Assembly (NCBI GenBank): GCA_027307045.1
Contig: DAHUXR010000006.1
Coordinates: 14,185-78,184, forward strand
Direction: 5' to 3'
DNA length: 64,000 bases
Source: Acidobacteriaceae bacterium
Lineage (GTDB): Bacteria > Acidobacteriota > Terriglobia > Terriglobales > Acidobacteriaceae
Part shown: in pieces, positions 63,329 through 64,000 of the stretch
Position numbering within the stretch: position 1 is the first letter of the stretch
Layout: each line of letters starts with the position of its first letter
Made by a program: the position numbers and the translations under genes
The notes under the pieces: generated by a model
What the model was told of the DNA's origin: nothing
The model's database searches: none
The model's input: only the letters and a program-made list of their open reading frames with translations

Positions 63329-63426
63329 CGCTGATCACGCTGATAACGCTGATTTACACGGATCAAAAAAACTCAATTAGGACGAGTTTTAAGTTTGTAA
63401 ATCCGTGTCATCCGTGTTTATCCGTG
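63329..63426. repeat. Two triple tandem arrays with ~9-nt period around an 8-bp inverted repeat
   Basis: 'cgctgat' at 63329, 63338 and 63347. 'atccgtg' at 63401, 63410 and 63420. 'acacggat' (63356-63363) is the reverse complement of 'atccgtgt' (63401-63408). An A7 run lies in the loop. Confidence 0.6.
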
Positions 63427-63451
63427 GTGAGATTTGCTTTTTTGCAGCAAT

Positions 63452-63913
63452 TCACCGCCGCGCATAAAAGTAGTAGTCCGCGGAATAACTGCTCTTGAAC
63501 TCCACTTCCCCGCTCTGCGCTGTACATTCTTGCGCCGCCGGTGCAAGTCCGCCCACGGTATTCACCCGCTGGATAGACGTCACACCGCTCAGCTTGCCGC
63601 TTCCAGAATGTCCTGTGACCGCCACCAGAAGCCATGGGATCGCCCTGGGATCAGGCGCATCGGCCTTGGCCGCCAGCTTGCCGGTGACATGGCTGCCGTC
63701 ATTGAGTTGCCATGTCGGCCCGCCAAAATGCCTGCCGATAAGCTTGCCCTGCTCGTCGAATAACTCGGCATCCGGAGCTTTCAGCGTCCATGCCGGCTTG
63801 CCGTCAGCGTCAGGCCGGCAGACATAGATCTGGAAGCCGGTTGCACGCGCTATCAGAACAAGCTCTTCACTTGCAGGGGGTTGGATAGAATCGGGGACCG
63901 TTGGTTTTTGCAC
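63452..63913 (-). CDS. DUF3455 domain-containing secreted protein
   Basis: 'ATGFQIYVC......GKPAW.LKAPDAELFDEQGKLIGRHFGGPTWQLNDGSHVTGK...IPWLL...SGSG.LSGVTSIQRVNTVGG.AP' matches the DUF3455 pattern as I recall it. Confidence 0.7.
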   Translation of the reverse strand: MQKPTVPDSIQPPASEELVLIARATGFQIYVCRPDADGKPAWTLKAPDAELFDEQGKLIGRHFGGPTWQLNDGSHVTGKLAAKADAPDPRAIPWLLVAVTGHSGSGKLSGVTSIQRVNTVGGLAPAAQECTAQSGEVEFKSSYSADYYFYARR

Positions 63914-64000
63914 GGAGGGATTCTAGCAGGGTACCCCCTACCCCCTCCCCTGATCCCCATTTCTAAAGGACTTACGCGCTTCCTCCCCATGTATCCCCAA

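Noticed and set aside
62358-63338. 326-aa antisense ORF opposite rlmN. Similar long antisense or alternative-frame ORFs occur at 60750..61118 and 61484..62111 (opposite the M16 peptidase), 52226..52897 (opposite the wza-like gene), 23440..24114 (opposite the USP gene), 15834..16319 and 8422..9036.
   Set aside because: Each overlaps a gene with clear family motifs on the other strand. Their compositions are biased and no motifs are present. They are treated as GC-driven spurious ORFs.
63914-64000. C-rich tract at the right edge (ccccctaccccctcccctgatcccc ...).
   Set aside because: It is truncated by the window edge. I cannot tell whether it is part of a repeat, a promoter region or a gene.

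Overview
This is a chromosomal segment that looks like an Acidobacteriota (Terriglobia-type) genome. That call is an inference from gene content only, for example a TIGR03436-like VWA protein, many TPR and BlaR1-like genes, and a giant Wza. I saw no rRNA, CRISPR array, integrase or transposase. Main blocks, left to right: (1) blaI/blaR1-like pair, divergent from VWA and NlpC/P60-like secreted proteins. (2) Same-strand phosphorelay cluster of Hpt, hybrid kinase, kinase and sigma-54 (NtrC-type) regulator, divergent from mgtA. (3) MacAB-type efflux genes. (4) L,D-transpeptidase plus DUF882/MepK-like pair. (5) Stress block with ADH, DUF2934-Hsp20 and two tandem-USP proteins. (6) A 1.6 kb gene-poor, repeat-rich stretch ending at tRNA-Gly(CCC). 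(7) cobB, then TPR-NfeD-SPFH-SPOR. (8) A sulfite-oxidase-like Moco enzyme divergent from a 34-codon Cys/Met-rich mini-ORF with a terminator/antiterminator arrangement, followed by a translationally coupled ATP-grasp + LLM monooxygenase pair. This is the most interesting locus. (9) A ~19 kb minus-strand exopolysaccharide operon (35.3-54.4 kb) that includes a PAP2-Wzi fusion and a 900+ aa Wza-like exporter. (10) A Ser/Thr-rich secreted protein, a CPBP protease, zinc-ribbon membrane proteins, aroA, an M16 peptidase, rlmN and a DUF3455 protein. Several convergent intergenic gaps carry long imperfect palindromes built from short tandem repeats. The ORF track renders GTG/TTG starts as M and omits ORFs open at a window edge. 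I therefore re-derived several starts and one edge-truncated gene by hand.
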